Part shown: positions 1 through 12,904 of the stretch, piece after piece
How positions within the stretch are numbered: position 1 is the stretch's first letter
How the letters are laid out: each line of letters starts with the position of its first letter
Source of the DNA: Toensbergia leucococca
Taxonomy: Eukaryota
Reading direction: 5' to 3'
Assembly: GCA_022813965.1 (NCBI GenBank)
Contig: JALDZS010000222.1
Span: forward strand, 1 to 35,595
DNA: 35,595 nt
The notes under the pieces: model-generated
Database searches by the model: none
Seen by the model: the letters and a program-made list of their open reading frames with translations, nothing else
What the model was told of the DNA's origin: nothing
Made by a program: the position numbers and the translations under genes

Positions 1-886
1 CCCCCCCCCCAAAAAACGCACAAAAAGATGAAAACAAACGCCTTTGAATCAAAAAAAATCCCTTCAAATAACCTGCTGATGCTCTGTAGAATAATTTCGT
101 AAGTCATAGAGATTGAGTAAAATTTTTGGATAGGGAAATTGATGTATCTTTCAGGCCAGGGGGGAGAGAGGAGGGTTAGAACGTAACTCCATCCGTGAGG
201 TCAAAGTGAGGGAGGGAGGGAGGAAAAGTAAAAATACTTGGACATCACAAGCAAAACCCCCCTTCATTAAATTAGGTTTCAAAAAAAAATTGGATCAAAG
301 TGACGGAAAGATACAAGTCATCACAGGGTACTAAAACCTATCACAAAACATCTACAAAGTAGCAATGCAAAAAACCCCAAGAGCCCAAAAAAAAAGTCCA
401 CCCTCATCATTTCCCATACAACTCCGTAGTGAAAAAGACCACACATATCAAAAACAGACCAATAGAATCATAAGCCATTTAATTCCTATGATCCTATCTA
501 ATGCATACAACAATACCAATTCCACAACTCAAACACTTCCCCTCCCTCCCTCCTGTGTTTACACAACAATGACGACATGAAAAGAAAAAGAACATGAGTC
601 ATCAAGGCGTCGAGACCCCCCAAACGCAACAAAAAGTCTATTTTTTGGTCTCCCTCCTCCAATACGCCTTCAAACTGATGCTTTCCCATTCCTGTTCTTC
701 AAGAAGCCATCCCTCCCCAGGGAAGATTTCTTCCTACCTGCGCCCGAATCACAACCTTATTGGCCAATGTGGGAGGTCTGAATTGTACACGCCCCAAGCT
801 ATCAAAGCACACTGATAATGCCCAAAAGTAGGATGTTGAAGTAAGTTTACCTGTTATGTAGGCCGTGCTGATATCGTGAATTTGGT

Positions 887-3800
887 TCACGGCGATTGTA
901 TCAAGGGTTCCGATTCCGAGTCAGTGGGAAGTTCGGATGCGTTGTCCCAACCCTCTGAGACTGGTTAACATGCAGTCAAGAGATTAATCGTGTACTAGCA
1001 GACTCACCAGAAACTGCGTCATCCGCATCAGAAACCGTCAGAGCTAGTAATTGGTCGAGGACTGCTAGCGACAAAGTCAATAACACAACGTCGGATTCGA
1101 TCTGCAAATGGACTTACCCTCAGCTCCTTGAACCAACATGTGATCGTCCTCCATCTCATCCGCCTGAAAGTAATGTGCAAGGCAGTGCTTTACTACTGAC
1201 ATAACATTGTCAACGTTCTTCGCTTCGACGGGCTTCTGTTGCTGAACAATGGACTCCTGAATACGCTTGACACAGGTTTGGCAGAGCTCTCTAGCCACGC
1301 GTTCAATCTCGTCTGCCTGTTGCTCGTTGTCCATGTTTCGTGTATCCTGATTGAAGACTAGCGTCTTTAGCAGTTCGATAGTGTTGATTCGAACCGATTC
1401 ATCCCAGTACATCAGTAATGGCGGTGCCCAGTATGGAACGTTGCGTAGGACCAAATGCTCGTAAAAAAGTGGACTTCTCGTCAGGCGGATGTTGCGGAGC
1501 CGTCGTGCTGCTATGAAGAAGTCCAAGTGCTCCTTTCCCCCATAGTGCCCTATGGTATCAACTTCACGAGCAATGGTTGTAATGACATCTTTGGGCGAAG
1601 GAGTGTCGGGAGGACAACATTCGCAGTAAGTGAGCGCCACGTCAAGATAAGGCGCAGCCAAGGAAGCCGGCTCGATATTGACGCCACCAATAATGGTTTT
1701 GGCAATGTTCGCAAGTAGGCCGACGCAGGGCTCTGCGAGTACCATCATCCGAACGATTTCTCTAGCTGCCCGACGGTTCGCATCTGACCCAACGATTTTG
1801 TCGAGGAAAACCAAGGTGACAGAGCGTGGTACAAGAGCACCAAAGCGCATGTACTGCTCTTCGGTGTTGGTCAAGAACATCTTGCCTTTTTCAATCGGAC
1901 GATCCGCATGATCACCTTCCCATGGTCGGCATTCGAGATCAATCCGGCCTAGTAATATGCGCACCAACTCTACAAGCTTCGTCAAAGAGAACTTTCGACC
2001 CTTCTCGACTAATCGAACATAATTGGCGTAATGAGGAAACTCGTTTCTCAACTTTCTTGTTGAGCTATGCTCTACAATGAGGACTTCGAGACACTGCTTG
2101 AGGAAGTCCTCTCGTAGAAGAACCGCAGACTCTGGCACACCGAGGTTTGCCAATTCTCCGAGCAAGCCGAAATAATCATCCCAAGCTCGGGCAGTTAAGT
2201 GGATGTGAACCCAAAGCTCTTTCATGCCCCTGACAATGTCCTGAAAAGCGCCTTGAGTTTCTGGCACGTGGTTGTCATAAGGGTCTTGCTCCATGGAATC
2301 GACGTCAAAGCCATAAGTGCGAGTATCGTGTTTGCGGAGATACTGGAGGGCATTGACAATCATGGAAGCGAAATCCCGCCGTACTTTGGCAGTAGGGCAT
2401 TTAAGAAGCATGTTGCGCAACGCATGCTTATGTTTCGCTACCCAATCCAGAGCGAGCTTGCAGCAATCGGAACATGTACCAATTACTCTAGTAAGGGATG
2501 CTAACATCTTGTCGAAACCTTGGCAATCTTTTGTCTTGGAGAATATCTGATCGAGGTGCTCCAACGCGAGCCAGATAGCTTCTTTCTCGATCTCATGATC
2601 ATCCGAGCAAGTGCCCTTGCTTAGGTGGCGTAGTTGTTCGAGCAGAGATCTAGCGAATAAGGCGTGTTCTGGATCAAATAGACAATATTTCCGAATCCAG
2701 AGCTCGTTTTCTATGGCGATTCGATTACCCAGTTCGACAGGCAGTACATCCTTGGCAGGTACCTCTGGCGCTACTAGAGGATGGTCTCGATACTCGGCCT
2801 CCATAGCCGTGATACGCTGATAGAACAGCATATAGGCATTCCATGCTTTGGGGAAACGCATATTTGAAAAGGGAGAAGCCTCACCCATACCACCATAGCA
2901 CTGCTCTGGGATATTACCTTGGTCGAATCTACTTACATCCGCATCGTTAAATTCTATCCATGTTTGGCTTTGAGAAGGGTCTACTGGACGTTCTCGAATG
3001 TACGAGTAATAATGACCAGACTCTGCAGTGCCGCTATGAACGAGGACACCAACAAGCTGGAAGATGTCAGTCGGGGTTGACTGCTCCGGATCTTTGAGAT
3101 GTTCCACATGATATGGAGACATATCAATCTGCTCGGGAAATTCAAAGTTATCGTTTATTTTGCTCCGCATGCCAGTCATGACATCGTAATCGAACCTCTT
3201 TAGGTGAAATATGAGGTTGTCCGGGATATCTTTGAGGCAGGCCCTTGGTCGTGTAAGTTAGGAGTAGTCTACGATCGATTGGATACGTACCTCTTAACCG
3301 CATCGACGTAACAGCCGCAGGATGTACACGAGTATTTGTTATCTGAGATTGTCAGCATGAAAATATTGCAGTGGATATTGCCATTTAAAACTTACCTCCT
3401 TCCATGACTTCACCCTCAACGTACGCATTCAAGCTTTCCGAAAGTGTCGCTTTCCCCTGGATATCGCATTGGATGGCCGAGAAAGGTTCGAGCCGCTCAG
3501 ATATGTGTGGGCACTCTTTGGACTTGATTTGTTGGACGATCTGTCCCCCATAAAATCCCCGAAACGTTTTCTTGCCCTCGTCCGAAAGTATTTGGCTTTC
3601 CCATCGATCGAATAATAGGTTATAAAACTCGTCCACGTCCATCTGTACAGAGACATCTATGAGGGTGTTCTCATAATTGACCACGGAGTCTGCAATGCCT
3701 TGTGTATCTACTGCCTTCAGCCACGTCTCCTGCATGAAAGCAAATAGATTCCTTGTCTCAGAAAGAAGCCTCTGGGATGAGTTGCCATCCGCAATGTTTG

Positions 3801-6800
3801 TATCCAACATGAAGCCGCGAAAGCGCACGTTCATAAATAACTGAGTGAGTAAAGAGTTCATGTAACATGTGTTAGACAGGTTCTTCAAACCTGGATATCC
3901 CAGAGGCGATCGAATCAACTTCGAGCGTTCAATATTCCAATTCGGCTCGTAGTGATATTCTTGTGAGATTTGAGCCATGCCCCACGACGATGCGTTAGAT
4001 TCCTCACCTTGAGGCAGCAAATCTGTCACAAGCTTCAGCAGCTTCCGATACCCCTTTAAGTCATTGCTCAGTGCCAGAATAATCGAGTAAAGCTCTTGAC
4101 GCGTCGAAGTACTCAATACAGGAACTAGGGCCTTTAGTAGAACATCATCATTGATTTCTGATATGTCTGGGAATAGATGAGCGCGGAAAAGGTCTTCCAT
4201 GAGGTTGTCGCTGCACTAGTCATTAAAGTATTCATGAGATGGATTCAATAACATACTTGATAACCAACGGCTTCTTCAGCGACTTTGAGAGCCGGATGCA
4301 CCATTGTAGGAGAGCGGAGATGCCAAAGACAGTATGGTCTATACTGTCTCGACCAACGAACTGTAAATCGTTAGTGCGCTTTCGCGTACCCTCTTCCTTC
4401 CGACCGACCTCATCATGTATATGGTTCAATAGTAAATTGCTCCAATCTCGGATATATGTGGCAAGCTGCAAATTCTCACGGCCAACTTCATCTATAGATC
4501 TGAATACCACCAGTGCAATGTCGAAGAATTGATACGATCTTTCACCGCAAGTAACGCTATGCGGTATCATTGTGATGATAGTGTCCCAAAAGAAAGAGAT
4601 GAATTCTTGCGTTGGCGTGGCTGTAGGTCTACTTCAGACAGTCAGAAGGCAGACAATTGAAGACGTAGCATTGCAGACCCACGTAGGCAAGGTACCACAT
4701 ATTCCTCGAATAGCATCTGTCACGCCTTGACGAGTTGTAGGCAGTGCCTCCTCGAGCAATAAGCTCTCCAGTAGCATTGAACATTTCCCGTTGCTCTTGA
4801 AGTACGACCAAACATCTCTAGAATGCAATGAAGCTTCAAGAATGGTTGCGAAACTGTTGCAAATTAAGTTGACCACCTGTGGACTGCGTTCCTGAACGAG
4901 CGATGTCGTGATTAACAACTGAAGGCGCTCAACAACCGCTGGTGCATTCGAAAAGTATGTGGCAGATAAATCGAGAGATACAGGCTCTGTGGGGTGACAA
5001 TGTCAGCGTGAAGCAGTGAACAAAGACGAAGGGTTCGAACCCTTCAAAAATCTCAGAAGGCAATCTACCAAGCCAGCCCCTGTTGTGATCTCAACCCCTG
5101 CACCGACCGAAGCGCCTATGACATTGACACTGGTCAGGGTTGCGGCGAGCATCCGAACTCCATGGCAAATTAGGTCATGGCTTGCGTTGCCCTGTTACGT
5201 AGAGTCAGCATGGTTCCAATTCGCGGGGAGTTTGAAAGCTGCAGACATTTTGCAGCTGTTGTATCAAGCAAAGCTTGAGTGCATAGACAGAGTAAAGGAT
5301 CTTAAATGGTACCGCCGGGGGAAAAGCAGCGTCGATCGCAACATCTTTGGAGCAAACGACACCTGTCACGCTCTCATGAGGCGGGAAAGCTATCAAAAAA
5401 TCGTACACCTGAAAAGTTGTTAGTCTTTTGCGTTCCTCCAAAGGATTGACAGATGAAGGCTCACGTCATGAGCCAGCGGATACTCCATGCTCAGTAACTC
5501 ATACAGCTCATGAAAGTGCTTCAGTACTTCAATTTCCACGGGTCTGAGGCTCGACTCGGGAGCTGGTCCCACAATTGGCTCCGCATCGTGGGCTCTTCTT
5601 ATAATAAGAAGCCCTTTCAAATTCAAGTCTCGAAGTGTCGACGAGGAACAACTAGCTAGATCAAGTTTTTGGCCATTTGCTATGGTGGTAAACTTCGAAA
5701 ACCCAGTGAGTTTGACAAGGCGATACGAGAGATCTTCAGCAGTCTCCAGATCACCAGCATCGATAGCATTTATACCCGTTGCTGTACCACCATTGAATGA
5801 CTGGTACCTGATGCAAATAGGCTCGCCTTTGAGATCTTGAACGTTGAGGGGCGAGGATATTTTGTCTTGCGATGGAGGACTGTATAAAGGGCGAGACTTT
5901 ATCCCTTGAACAAATTCCTTCAAAATCAACAACGATCGAGTGAAGCACAATCTTTTCGAATGTGCTTCCTCTTCAGAGACTACAATTATCATTGATTCAT
6001 CTTCCCCACTCGAGTTGCCATCGCTGAAAGCGCGTAACGCCGAAGCTGCAGTGGTGAGCTGGCGGATGCAGCGCTGCACGAGCTCTATATGGGTTTCTTC
6101 AACAGCAGAAGAGGGGGCTTGATTCGTGTTCGAGGCATCCAAGTATAGCCCGACAAGCAGATTGATAGCCTTAACCTCAATCGTCTCTGCAGGAGCCACA
6201 AGACACAGATGCCACAGCAATTCCGCTGCCAGAGTGTCATCGTCCAGTCGACCACCTTCGCCAGGAATAGCATTCAGACGAGCCTCATATGACGTGGCCT
6301 GTTTCACAAAACCTAATGTACCAGCTGTGAAAAGCATTGGATTCAGCTGAGGTAAATACTCGGCGATGCACCGGTCAATGAATGGATTCCTCGCGTGAGA
6401 AGAATGTGTCGCCCTGACGAGTGTAGTCCATGCCGCGTCTCGAGCCCGCCCATTTAGGGCCATAGGGCCCACCATTATTTCCCATAGCTGTTGGCCAATC
6501 TCCGGAGTGATCGTATCGGGAATAATGGTAATTATTTGCTGCAGCAGTGTTAATCGGGCCACTAAGCCCTCGTCGTGGATTTGAGAGGTACTTGGAATCG
6601 AGGTCTCGTTCTGAATGACATGAACGAACTCTCCGATTACAAGGGGAGTCAGATCAAAACCCGCGGCCAGAGATCTAATACCAGTCTCAGGATTCTGGCC
6701 TAGGAAAGCGTTGATGGCAGAAATGCTGCCGGTAGCAAACCGAGTCCGCCGATCAATATCCTTGATACACTCTTCATATATGATCTTCCTGTCTGCTCCA

Positions 6801-9161
6801 CTAGGGCCATAGAGAAGTAATTGCTGTAGCTCATTAGTAGCAAATTGCTGGATATCTCTCTTTCTGTGCAATGGTAAAGTCTCGTCAGCCGCAGCTTGAC
6901 GTATGAGCCTAATGCACAAATGATATGGAGGCATGTCAATCTTTCGGTCGTCGTTGCGTTTGCGGCGAAGATAGTCAAGTAGGGATTTCCCATACTGCAT
7001 CATTCGGGTATCGAACATATGCAGTGGTAATTCATTCAGTTTCGTGGCAAGGTAGAGTAAAGTTGAATAGAGCGAAATGTTGAAGATATTGGTTAGCATA
7101 TGAAGTACCGCATCAATGACGCGGGAATCTTGACTTGCGGCTACTGTCTTCCAAATGGCATCCGACTCAGCTTCCGTATATCTGGAGGTGATGACGAGGA
7201 ATCCTGCGATATTTCCACTCCTGTTTATCAGTTGAGGATGAGAGTCAATGCCCACAATGTACTCGACAAGCTTGTTAGCAAGCACAAAGTCAGCGAGATA
7301 TTGTGCAATTGGATGATCTTTGGTGCTCTTGGCGCGCTGAATGTAGTTGGTGTATATTCCAACCAATTCTTGCTGCATAGATTCAACGCCTTGGACCCTG
7401 ATTTCCATCCGCCCCTCCATGATGCATTTCTTCAGTAGCTGGAATTTCCAGGCCATCTCAACCATGATGGGACAATCATCTTTACTAAGGTCCGGAACTA
7501 TCACACGATGTTCCAGCAGAAGTCTTCCCGCTAGGTGCTCATCTGCTGTTGCTGCGAAGCGGAGTAATAAAGAGAGCTCGTTGACAAGCCCTTTACTTAA
7601 CTCGAGAGACAGTGCTGATACTTGCTTACTAACGAAGTTTTGCAACATTGAATCCATAGCTTGGAATAAGTCATAAGCCTCGGAGGGCAAAGTATGTAGG
7701 ATGCTTGATGGGGACAGGTAAAGGCGAAGGTCATCCTCGAGCTCCCGATTGCTTTCTTGGAGAGAGAGATAATACTGCATCAGTTTATTAATTATGTTTA
7801 GCGGCGTCCAAAGCTGTTGATGGAGACTTGGAACATTTTGAGTTCGTTCGAGAATCCCTTTTTCAAAACGCGAAAGGTTTTTGATACCATCTGAAGGGCT
7901 TTGCAGGAAGCGTTCGAAGATTGCTGTTGTTGTGGGTTTGAAATCGTAAGCATAGGTTTCATGGAGCAACTTCCAAAGAGGAAGCTGGTTAGGCATAGCC
8001 ATCCACAAAATACAACGTATATAGCGATGGGACCCAAGATCTGGTGTGACGTTTGCGTCTTCGGCGCATTCACTTATGGTCTGACAATCTATTTGAACCA
8101 TTCGAGCAGCTAGGCCAGCAAATGCGACCAGGAAGTCCTGGAAATATTGGCGATTGTCAAAGTCTCCATCCTCCTTCAAGGGGCTAATCAATGCAGAGGC
8201 AAACCGTATGCCACTAATAAGAATCTTTAGCTATCAAAGTTTGGCTTGATGATACTTGATGCTCACCTGCGGCGTAAGAGACCCTCTGGAATGGAGGGCA
8301 ATTCATCCCAAAATTCCCGTTCATCGGTATACATACTCCACCATTGAAGGGACTGAGATTCTGTAACCTGAAGAAATGTTTCAATCCAGCCAGCTAGAGA
8401 CTTAAGCAAGTCGCCATCTCCAAGAGATTCTGAAATGCTCTGTGGTTAGCAGAGTCCTCGACACATCAAAATCAACGGGTAGAAAGCTTACCCCTTTCTA
8501 CTACTTGAGCAAGGAAGCAAACAGTCTGATGTAGATTTCGGCCCTGATCCGCATTTGGAAAGGAATCCAGAAGAGCTCCTTGGGTATCCTTCGCATCGAT
8601 GACACTGACCAATGGCCTCCATTTGGTTTCTCCCGAATCATCATTAATATCTTCCACCTCAGCAACCTCTATCTCTGGACTTCGCGGAGAAGAGTTTATG
8701 GAGATGATGTTTGAAGGAGGTGAATCAAGCTTAGCTGACGATTCAGCTTGGCTTGGCGTTGTACTGTCGTCTTCCTCTTGTGCTGCCTTTGTATGGTGGC
8801 CGTTAGTTGCCGGTTGGAGCGGCGAGGTAGGTTGAGCGGCATCACGAACATTGATAGTGACCTTGCTCGGTGTCTGGTTGATCGAGGGTGACAGACTAGT
8901 TTCATGAGGAAGGCCATCCTTACTGAAGCTGTCACGGCTGAGTGGGGTTAGTGGGGTTTGGGCTGAGGCAGTGGTATTTGGAGCGGGTGTGAATGTATCG
9001 GCAGACATGCTTCTATGAGCTCGATCTCCACTGTCTAGTCGGGGGCGTTTCCTTTTGATAGATGGATCGGCGTCTTCCATGGAATTTCGGCGTGGTGGGC
9101 TGGGGGGAGCGGATGTTGTACGGCTAGGCGTACGAGGAGGGTCTAGCAAAGCTGATTCCAT
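887..9161 (-). CDS. Ubiquitin carboxyl-terminal hydrolase (USP/C19 family, USP34/USP24-like), 13 exons, ~2546 aa
   Basis: Cys box GLKNLSNTCYMNS, QMDVDEF, HLKRF, His box HSGTAESGHYYSY and FNDADV. Exons: 9161-8492, 8429-8267, 8213-5465, 5408-5247, 5191-5041, 4986-4683, 4628-4409, 4360-4257, 4210-3396, 3342-3291, 3243-1118, 1064-1008, 954-887. All introns are GT-AG, 46-62 nt and phase-consistent; stop TGA at 889-887. Confidence 0.92.
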
Positions 9162-9507
9162 GACATTATTCGGTAAGGGTGATGGTGAACAACACTTTGG
9201 AAGGAAGGGAGTGAAGCTCGATGTGAAAGGAGCAGATTGAGACTGCCCGTCTAAGAGATCATGGGTGAATGTGAGGGGATATTCCTTCAGTGTTAACCTA
9301 CGTAGAGTAGAATGGGCAGGTAGAGTGATTGTGATAATGACAGGGATGTGGTACTAGGAGCTAGGCAGTCGCGAAGCTATTTAGCGCGAAAGTCAAGGTA
9401 CTTAGCCGAAAACAATGAATTGATCTTTGTTGAGGAATGCCCCTCTGCCCGTTGAGGTATGTAGGTAGTAGGTAGGTACCTAGGTAATGCTCAAGGTGCA
9501 AGGTACC

Positions 9508-9545
9508 TGACGTCTACTGCTTCAGTAGACGTTCAGTAGACGTCA
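9508..9545. promoter_or_regulatory. Inverted repeat with CRE-like cores in the divergent USP/POP3 promoter
   Basis: TGACGTCTACTG (9508-9519) and its reverse complement CAGTAGACGTCA (9534-9545), with a third copy CAGTAGACGT (9523-9532) in the spacer. The regulatory role is inferred. Confidence 0.35.
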
Positions 9546-9724
9546 TCATGTATACTCAATCATGTGAGAATCATCCTGCAGTTTGGTATCTATACAGAGC
9601 ACTAAGGTAATTAACGTGTTGGAAGTGCCAAGACCATTTGACAGCAGGTGTTCCCACTTTCTTTGACATTGAACCAATTCTCAATGAGACCGTCGTCACT
9701 ATTGTTTGATTATTAGGTAGGAAG

Positions 9725-10852
9725 ATGAGCAAACGCAAGGCTGAGTCTGGTGGAAGAAAGCAAAAGACCATATACAGTCTTGATTCACCCTATCCTGGAA
9801 TTGAATGGTAGGCCCATTGATCTGGGGTGGCTAATGGGAGAAGCTGACCACTTAACGAGGCCCTCTCTGTCTTCCGAGGACTCGAATACAATCCTGGAAT
9901 TGCTTTGCAGGTTTGTTTTTCTTACTGCTTGTTCTACCCGTGGCTTCACTCTGTATTTCGGCATTCAAACCAATACGTTCCCTCAACCGAGCGCTACCCT
10001 TCCATACCTTGCCTTTTATTATAATTTTCTCCTCATCTTGAGACTAGTAGACCGTCTTATAGCGGCGTAAGACTGATCTCTTGAGACTGTCCTAGTCTCA
10101 TAAGCCCCATTGGTCAACACAGCTCGCAGTTCATCCCTCCTTCAAAAGGAAAGAGAGAGAAGAAACGAGAAAAGAAGGCATTGGAAGCTTCGGAATCCCC
10201 AAAATCCCCAATCTCAGATCATGCTTCTCAAGATCCGCCTTATATCGATCGGCCTGCTCCCCCAGAGATTGCAGATTACTTGACAATCGGGTTCAACAAC
10301 ACTACCCGCATCTTAGAAGCACTCGCGGAGAAAGTTAGTCCGCATAAGCTCCAGTCTCAAACTCGAACCTCAGCCCAAGCGAAAAGGAAGCGTGATAATC
10401 TCGATGTCTCCTTTACTGGTGTCCCTACTATACCTCGAGCTCTCGTTGCGGTTTTCATCTCTCGCGTTGATCAGCCATCAATCTTGTCTTCCCATCTACC
10501 TCTTCTTGTAGCTACTGCATCCTTAGCGTTACCATCATCACCCGCCATTCGATTAGTAGATCTACCCAAAGGTGCTGGAATAAAATTAAGCACAGCACTA
10601 AACATCCCTCGTGCCAGTATTATTGGCCTCCTGGAAGGCGCGCCGCATTCCGCGCCTCTAGTTGGACCTATTAGAAAGCTCGTTCGACCAGTGGAGATCC
10701 CTTGGCTGCAAGACGCAATGGCGGCAACATATCTTCCGGTATCAATCAAGGCAACGGAGACTACTGCACCAGCAGAACCGAAACGAGCGAGGCGAATGAA
10801 GGCTTCAACAACGGCGAAGGTTCCTATGAGATCTACTCTGGGTCTGGAATGA
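9725..10852 (+). CDS. POP3: RNase P/MRP subunit Pop3 (Rpp38-like, L7Ae-related), 3 exons, ~296 aa
   Basis: Exons 9725-9807, 9860-9910, 10096-10852 give IYSLDSPY..WPSLSSEDSNTILELLCSLISPIG, IGFNNTTRILE, HLPLLVATAS, LPKGAGIKLSTALNIPRASIIGL and VEIPWL, all typical of fungal Pop3. Confidence 0.82.
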
Positions 10853-11767
10853 ACATGAGCAGAAGAGAAGAGGGGAATCTAGTGAGTTTGCGTCCATATT
10901 CAGGAGATTACTCTCGCTAGCAAATTGCGTGGCTAGCCGAGAGATTCGAAAAAAGAGCCAAACATAGTAAGTAACGATAGCAAGATCATTTCTGGAAACA
11001 ACCGCCGCACATGGAGGTGTACACATATTCAGATATCCAGTCTCGAAAAGTAATCATGGTTGCTTTTGTATTTTGAAGATCTTTAGGCTTGCTCTATGGC
11101 CAGTACTGCAACTTTTCATGAGGCACGCAGAATGCGTTAGGAACTGATAGGTATCAATACCTAGCACTCATAGACACATGATCAAGATTAGGGTTGATCA
11201 ATCCTGAAATGCTACTTTAGATGTACTTTGAAGATCTGAGCATTCATCGAGTGTTGGACCACTAGATACCTCCCGTCCTGCGCAAAAGTAAGGTAAATAA
11301 GAATCATTCGCATTGGTTTTTGGCGCGTCGATGATTAGGAGCGAGGGAGGTAATCGTACTCCATTTAATACCCAGTACGCAGAGATAAGCGGTATAAATG
11401 AGGTTGAGTGCCGTAGATCATCCTGCATGAAATATTTAGCGAATCTTCAGTCGTTAGGACAATCAACCAATCAATTATTTAGCATCCTCTCCTCCTTCTG
11501 TTAGACTTTCACACATGATTTCTTTTCTCTACAGAATATTGAGAACAAACTTGACATTCAATGTTCGTGGTGCCTGAGATTCCTAGGATATGGTACAAAT
11601 TCAGTTTCAGAAGGAAAGTGGCAACTTGAAGATAAGGAGTCCAGTACTAAGATAGCTTCAGCCTCGCGCGCACCCCAACGGCCACCATGCTGTCAACCTG
11701 ACCCTCTCAAGTTGTGACCGATCGTGAAGACCACAAATACTATCCGCAACCCACTCTTGGAACTACC

Positions 11768-12904
11768 ATGTCGGGACTCGAAGTAGTCGGCCTCATCGCC
11801 GGTATTACATCAGCCTTCGTCGGTGCGAAAAGCTATCTACTAGCACGAAAGAAGCGTGAGGAGGTGAAGGCAAAGAGACAGGAAGCAGAGGCACTTCGCA
11901 CCTCACTAGTCAGGGGCAAGACAGAGGTTCAGGAAGAATATGATAGTGATTTCGCAAGGCTGGGTGCACCCTTTGCACGAGGAGATGGTGTGTCCATTTC
12001 AAATTCACACTCAATTCTTACTATTTGGTCCAGGGCTAATTGATAACGACAGAAATAGCAAGAAGAGACCTGACTACCACACTCCTTCGAATGCAGCAGC
12101 AATTTATCACAACTCTCCAAGCTATGGTAATTGGTGAATTGAACATTGATTACAATTTATTGCTTGGTATGATAGAATCAGAGCCTAGGTTCCTTCTCAT
12201 CGCAGTAGACCGAAGTCATCATTTGTCATGTCTTACGCGAATTGGTGGTCGTCTCAAGCGCGCTGTTGAACTAATTGTAATATATAGGAGTATCCAGCGA
12301 TTCAAGACGGGACGCTGTGTCTGCTCTGAGCGAGCAATTTCAACGTCTTTCAATAGCAGCCCCTATTAGGACCCTTACTGAGCTGAATCCAAGAAAGATG
12401 CCCTCCGATCAACAGCAAAATCCTGGTTTCTGTTGGAATGCCTGGTACATGCAACATGACGGCTTGTTGCTCGCTTGCAAATCTCCTTCTGTTTCTTCTC
12501 CCAAGAACCTTGTAATGGTAGGTATATGCAATACATGTAAGGCTGAAATAGGCTTCATTTCTGAAAATCCCAAATTTTCCAGGGTACATGGGCGCGCAAA
12601 TAGCTTTCTTCTGTGTTGTCATAGCTCTGGGAAGCCTCCGGAAGAAATGCGCTATCACTGTCCTGTATGCTGGAAGTACAGACAGTTTTTGACAAAGTCA
12701 ATGAATCGGAGGAATTGGGAGGTACACGTGGGTCGGCATTTCGATGAGGATGGGTACCAGGTGTGTATTGAAAATGGGATTCAAAAGCGTTTCAGTACGA
12801 ACTGTCGCCAAAGTGGATGTAAGAAGGTGTATTCTCGAGGCTGCACTCTCGAGGCGATTTGGAAGCCGCCTAGGGTACTCTTAATAATCTTTCAGATTTC
12901 GTGA
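11768..12904 (+). CDS. Hypothetical protein, ~316 aa: fungal N-terminal helical domain plus Cys/His-rich C-terminus
   Basis: Exons 11768-11987, 12053-12166, 12288-12904 join three ORF-track fragments in frame through GT-AG introns with CTAAT branch points. N-terminus MSGLEVVGLIAGITSAF...EYDSDFARLGAPFARGD; C-terminal CNTC and CPVC...HVGRH. The 3' end is less certain. Confidence 0.72.

Noticed and set aside
208..553. GAGGGAGGGAGG / CCTCCCTCCCTC inverted pair as TIRs
   Set aside because: Low-complexity purine tract; the similarity does not extend on either side.
5031..5042. GGTTCGAACCC as a tRNA T-loop
   Set aside because: No acceptor stem, D-arm or anticodon arm around it; it lies at an exon-intron junction.
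9911..10095. POP3 long intron as a stwintron or C/D snoRNA host
   Set aside because: The [D1,2] twin-intron solution shifts the frame into a stop, and no RTGATGA box C is present.
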